Assembly (NCBI RefSeq): GCF_964213995.1
Contig: NC_135823.1
Coordinates: forward strand, 49,600,001 to 49,664,000
Direction: 5' to 3'
DNA from: Mustelus asterias
Taxonomy: Eukaryota
DNA length: 64,000 nucleotides
Below, one piece after another: positions 63,216 to 64,000 of this stretch. Both the position numbers and the translations under genes were made by a program. The first letter of the stretch is position 1. The number at the start of each line of letters is the position of its first letter. Below the pieces are notes generated by a model. It saw only the letters and a program-made list of their open reading frames with translations, was not told the origin of the DNA and ran no database searches.

Positions 63216-64000
63216 AAAGTTTTTTTTGTGAAATGGGGCTTTAGTTTCTTCCATTATTTAAATACATATTGAAACAAATGGAGCAAAAACCTGCAGTGAG
63301 GTATCCAGGAGAAGCGCCCTGGCCTTTCTGATGCATTTCAATCGATAAAGAACAAAAGGGAAGGTCTGTGACAAAGTGGAAGACAGGAGGGATTAAATGA
63401 CAACAGGAATGATGGTCATATGAATTTTTGATTTCAGACAAAGAGGCTTTATTCACCTAAAGCTGCGCTTAAGTATGCAGAGAAGCCACACCTTCCACCT
63501 CAGGAACTACAGGTCAGTGAACAACTAGTCACGGCTTCTATTTCAGAGGTGTGATTCCACCTCGACTATTTTTTTTCCGATGGCACCAAGGCTTTGTGCC
63601 ACTTTGAGCAGATTGCCCTCAGATGATGTGTATGGAGATGCCCTGGTGTATATTGTGATCGTGCTGCATGTCACTGAGGTTGCTCGTGGTCTGCGCTTTC
63701 TGTGTTACTACAATGCTAACCATGTGTTTAAGAAACTTTGGGGGGGCATTTGCGCCTCTTTTGATCACTTCGCAGGATACAGAAAAAAAAAACAAATTCA
63801 AGATGTGTTGGGCTTGGTTCATTGATCTGGTGGATAGCTGAGTCTGTAGTCCAGAAAATCACAGGTTTGATCTTTCTTCGGTGCTGAGTTAACTGACTTC
63901 TGCCAGGGTGGGGTAGGGGTAGGGGTGAAGTTGTGGCTTTTCAGCTCCCTCACTGTATATATAGGTTTATCATAGAGTCCCTACAGTGCAGAAGCAGGCC

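Overview
Intron-rich vertebrate genomic DNA, almost certainly an elasmobranch (shark), inferred from many HE1-type V-SINEs, DeuSINE copies and CR1/HER1 LINEs. Three complete spliced genes can be assembled by hand with canonical GT-AG sites and consistent phases: (1) a mu-crystallin/ketimine reductase CRYM-like gene (minus, 8 exons, 12217..893, 315 aa) with substitutions in its NADPH-binding motifs; (2) a BTB-BACK-Kelch (KLHL-family) gene (plus, 8 coding exons, 27901..47102, 598 aa); (3) SNU13/NHP2L1 (minus, 3 exons, 54061..52002, 128 aa). A CpG-rich probable promoter/first exon of a fourth, unidentified gene lies near 58.6-59.2 kb, preceded by a 10 x 40-bp array of YY1-type motifs. A deleted class I endogenous retrovirus (integrase and env remnants, 700-bp 3' LTR) is nested in an LTR-like repeat at 16.6-20.4 kb. 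The most striking non-genic signal is a set of Penelope-like (RT + GIY-YIG) insertions, most of them TSD-flanked fold-back hairpins. Each arm carries a minimal hammerhead ribozyme motif (9 motifs from one family, plus degenerate ones from a second family), so these hairpins have a ribozyme on both strands. Three short locally templated duplications are also visible. Most ORFs in the supplied track are spurious repeat-derived frames. All calls are by eye; no searches were run.
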